Part shown: positions 63,151 through 64,000 of the stretch, one piece after another
Layout of the letters: each line of letters opens with the position of its first letter
How positions within the stretch are numbered: the first letter of the stretch is position 1
Source of the DNA: Nitrospirota bacterium
GTDB lineage: Bacteria; JACPQY01
Reading direction: 5' to 3'
Assembly: GCA_016190245.1 (NCBI GenBank)
Contig: JACPQY010000008.1
Location: 45,938 to 109,937, forward strand
DNA: 64,000 nt
Program-made: the position numbers and the translations under genes
The notes under the pieces: generated by a model
Database searches by the model: none
The model's input: the letters and a program-made list of their open reading frames with translations, nothing else
Told to the model about the DNA's origin: nothing

Positions 63151-64000
63151 GATGCTCCTCTGCACTCTGTCCGCCTGCGGGGACGGCGAGCCGCCGGTCA
63201 CCGAGTGCCGAAACGAGATCCGCCTGGACGTGGCCCAGGTCGTCTGCCCGCATCTGCGTGTCGTCTACGACTTCGAGGAGGCCCGCACGAGTTTCTACGA
63301 TGGTGACGATCGCCCCGTCATCCAGAATGCGACCCCCACCTACCGGATCGGTGACGACGAGTTGGACGTATCGGACATGGACCCTAACGAACAGCGCGTG
63401 CCCAACGAACGGAGGCACGGTTCGAGCGTACGACTGCCCGAAGCCGTGAACACGGCCTGCGGCAGGAGCGCGTCCCTCGAAATCCGCACCGGCGGCACGT
63501 CCGGAACCGCGAAGGGAGAGTTCGTCCAGTTGTTCACCGCCTACACGGGGCACCCGGCCGTCATCGTCACCACCCAGTTCACGAACCCTTCCGAGGAGAC
63601 ACTCCTCTACACCCGCGTGAGCTTCCTCAAGACGGACGGGCTCAAGCATCCGTGGTCCGGCACGCGCAGCGCCGTTTTCGTCGGATCGGATGCTCGAGCG
63701 GTGGGTGTGGAGCGGTCTCCGGACGCCGGCCTTCCCCAGACGATGCAGGCCACAGGTGGGGGAAGATCGTTTTTCGTGGGCGAGTTCGCCGCCTCGATCG
63801 AGCCGCCTTTTCCCGGGGAGCAGACCGTGCGGCCGGGCACCACGTTCACCTGGGGAGATTTCGATCCCAACCGGATCGTGAAGAGCGGCGGACGCGTCGG
63901 TCAGGTGGATTGGTCCCTCGCACAGGAGTTCGGCGACGCCGGCGTTCTTCTGGTAACCCGAGCCGAGGGGGAGAAGCAGGTCAAGCGCCACTACCTCCGC
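63151..64000 (+). CDS. Hypothetical lipoprotein (3' end outside the window)
   Basis: The frame is open from ATG at 63151 to the window end, with GC3 above 85%. The lipobox is MLLCTLSACGD. This ORF is not in the supplied track because it has no in-window stop. Confidence 0.5.

Noticed and set aside
1-64000. CRISPR arrays or other long tandem repeats
   Set aside because: I saw no regularly spaced direct repeats. The only tandem repeat is the short hexamer array upstream of tRNA-Ala.

Overview
This is a high-GC (about 65-70%) chromosomal segment from a Gram-negative bacterium (LptD and NuoA are present), densely coded on both strands. By position, the window holds the following:

- 1-1005: the end of the histidine operon (hisF, hisI) translationally coupled to a lone nuoA.
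- 1113-6487: lptD, followed by a large Ser/Thr-rich surface lipoprotein.
- 6495-10742: an SNF2 helicase with an adjacent SWIM zinc-finger protein.
- 12614-23765: a tight 7-gene operon running ACP, crotonase, SDR, fatty-acyl-AMP ligase, alpha/beta-hydrolase, a dual-core hybrid histidine kinase, and a REC-PAS-GGDEF-EAL protein. I read it as a candidate acyl-signal synthesis and c-di-GMP output system, analogous to rpf/DSF.
- 23822-31233: housekeeping genes (saccharopine dehydrogenase-like, SAM methyltransferase, UDG4, YicC, PriA).
- 31260-31335: tRNA-Ala(CGC).
- 31400-39269 (minus strand): a sigma54-type promoter, then amt, nrfH, an octaheme HAO-like cytochrome, a NirV-like FGE-family protein, and an SPFH protein. 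A GAF-sigma54 activator (NifA-like) sits just upstream. I read this as a candidate periplasmic nitrite/hydroxylamine-to-ammonium module coupled to ammonium uptake.
- 39384-48106 and 53204-58680: an envelope and polysaccharide locus (three LtaS/EptA-like alkaline-phosphatase-superfamily enzymes, three GT4 glycosyltransferases, two flippases).
- 48107-53203: a ~5 kb low-GC (roughly 38-60% in sampled 60-nt windows, vs about 68% flanking) island that interrupts that locus. It carries a gamma-class N6-adenine DNA methyltransferase with two small upstream ORFs, a DprA/Smf-like (SLOG) protein, and an unknown partner. I read it as a candidate defense island.
- 58740-64000: a CYTH + VWA(CoxE-like) + MoxR(CoxD-like) cluster, a SurA_N-like chaperone, thioredoxin, and a partial lipoprotein.

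The supplied ORF track uses ATG, GTG and TTG starts, and it contains many long antisense ORFs that are typical of GC-rich DNA.
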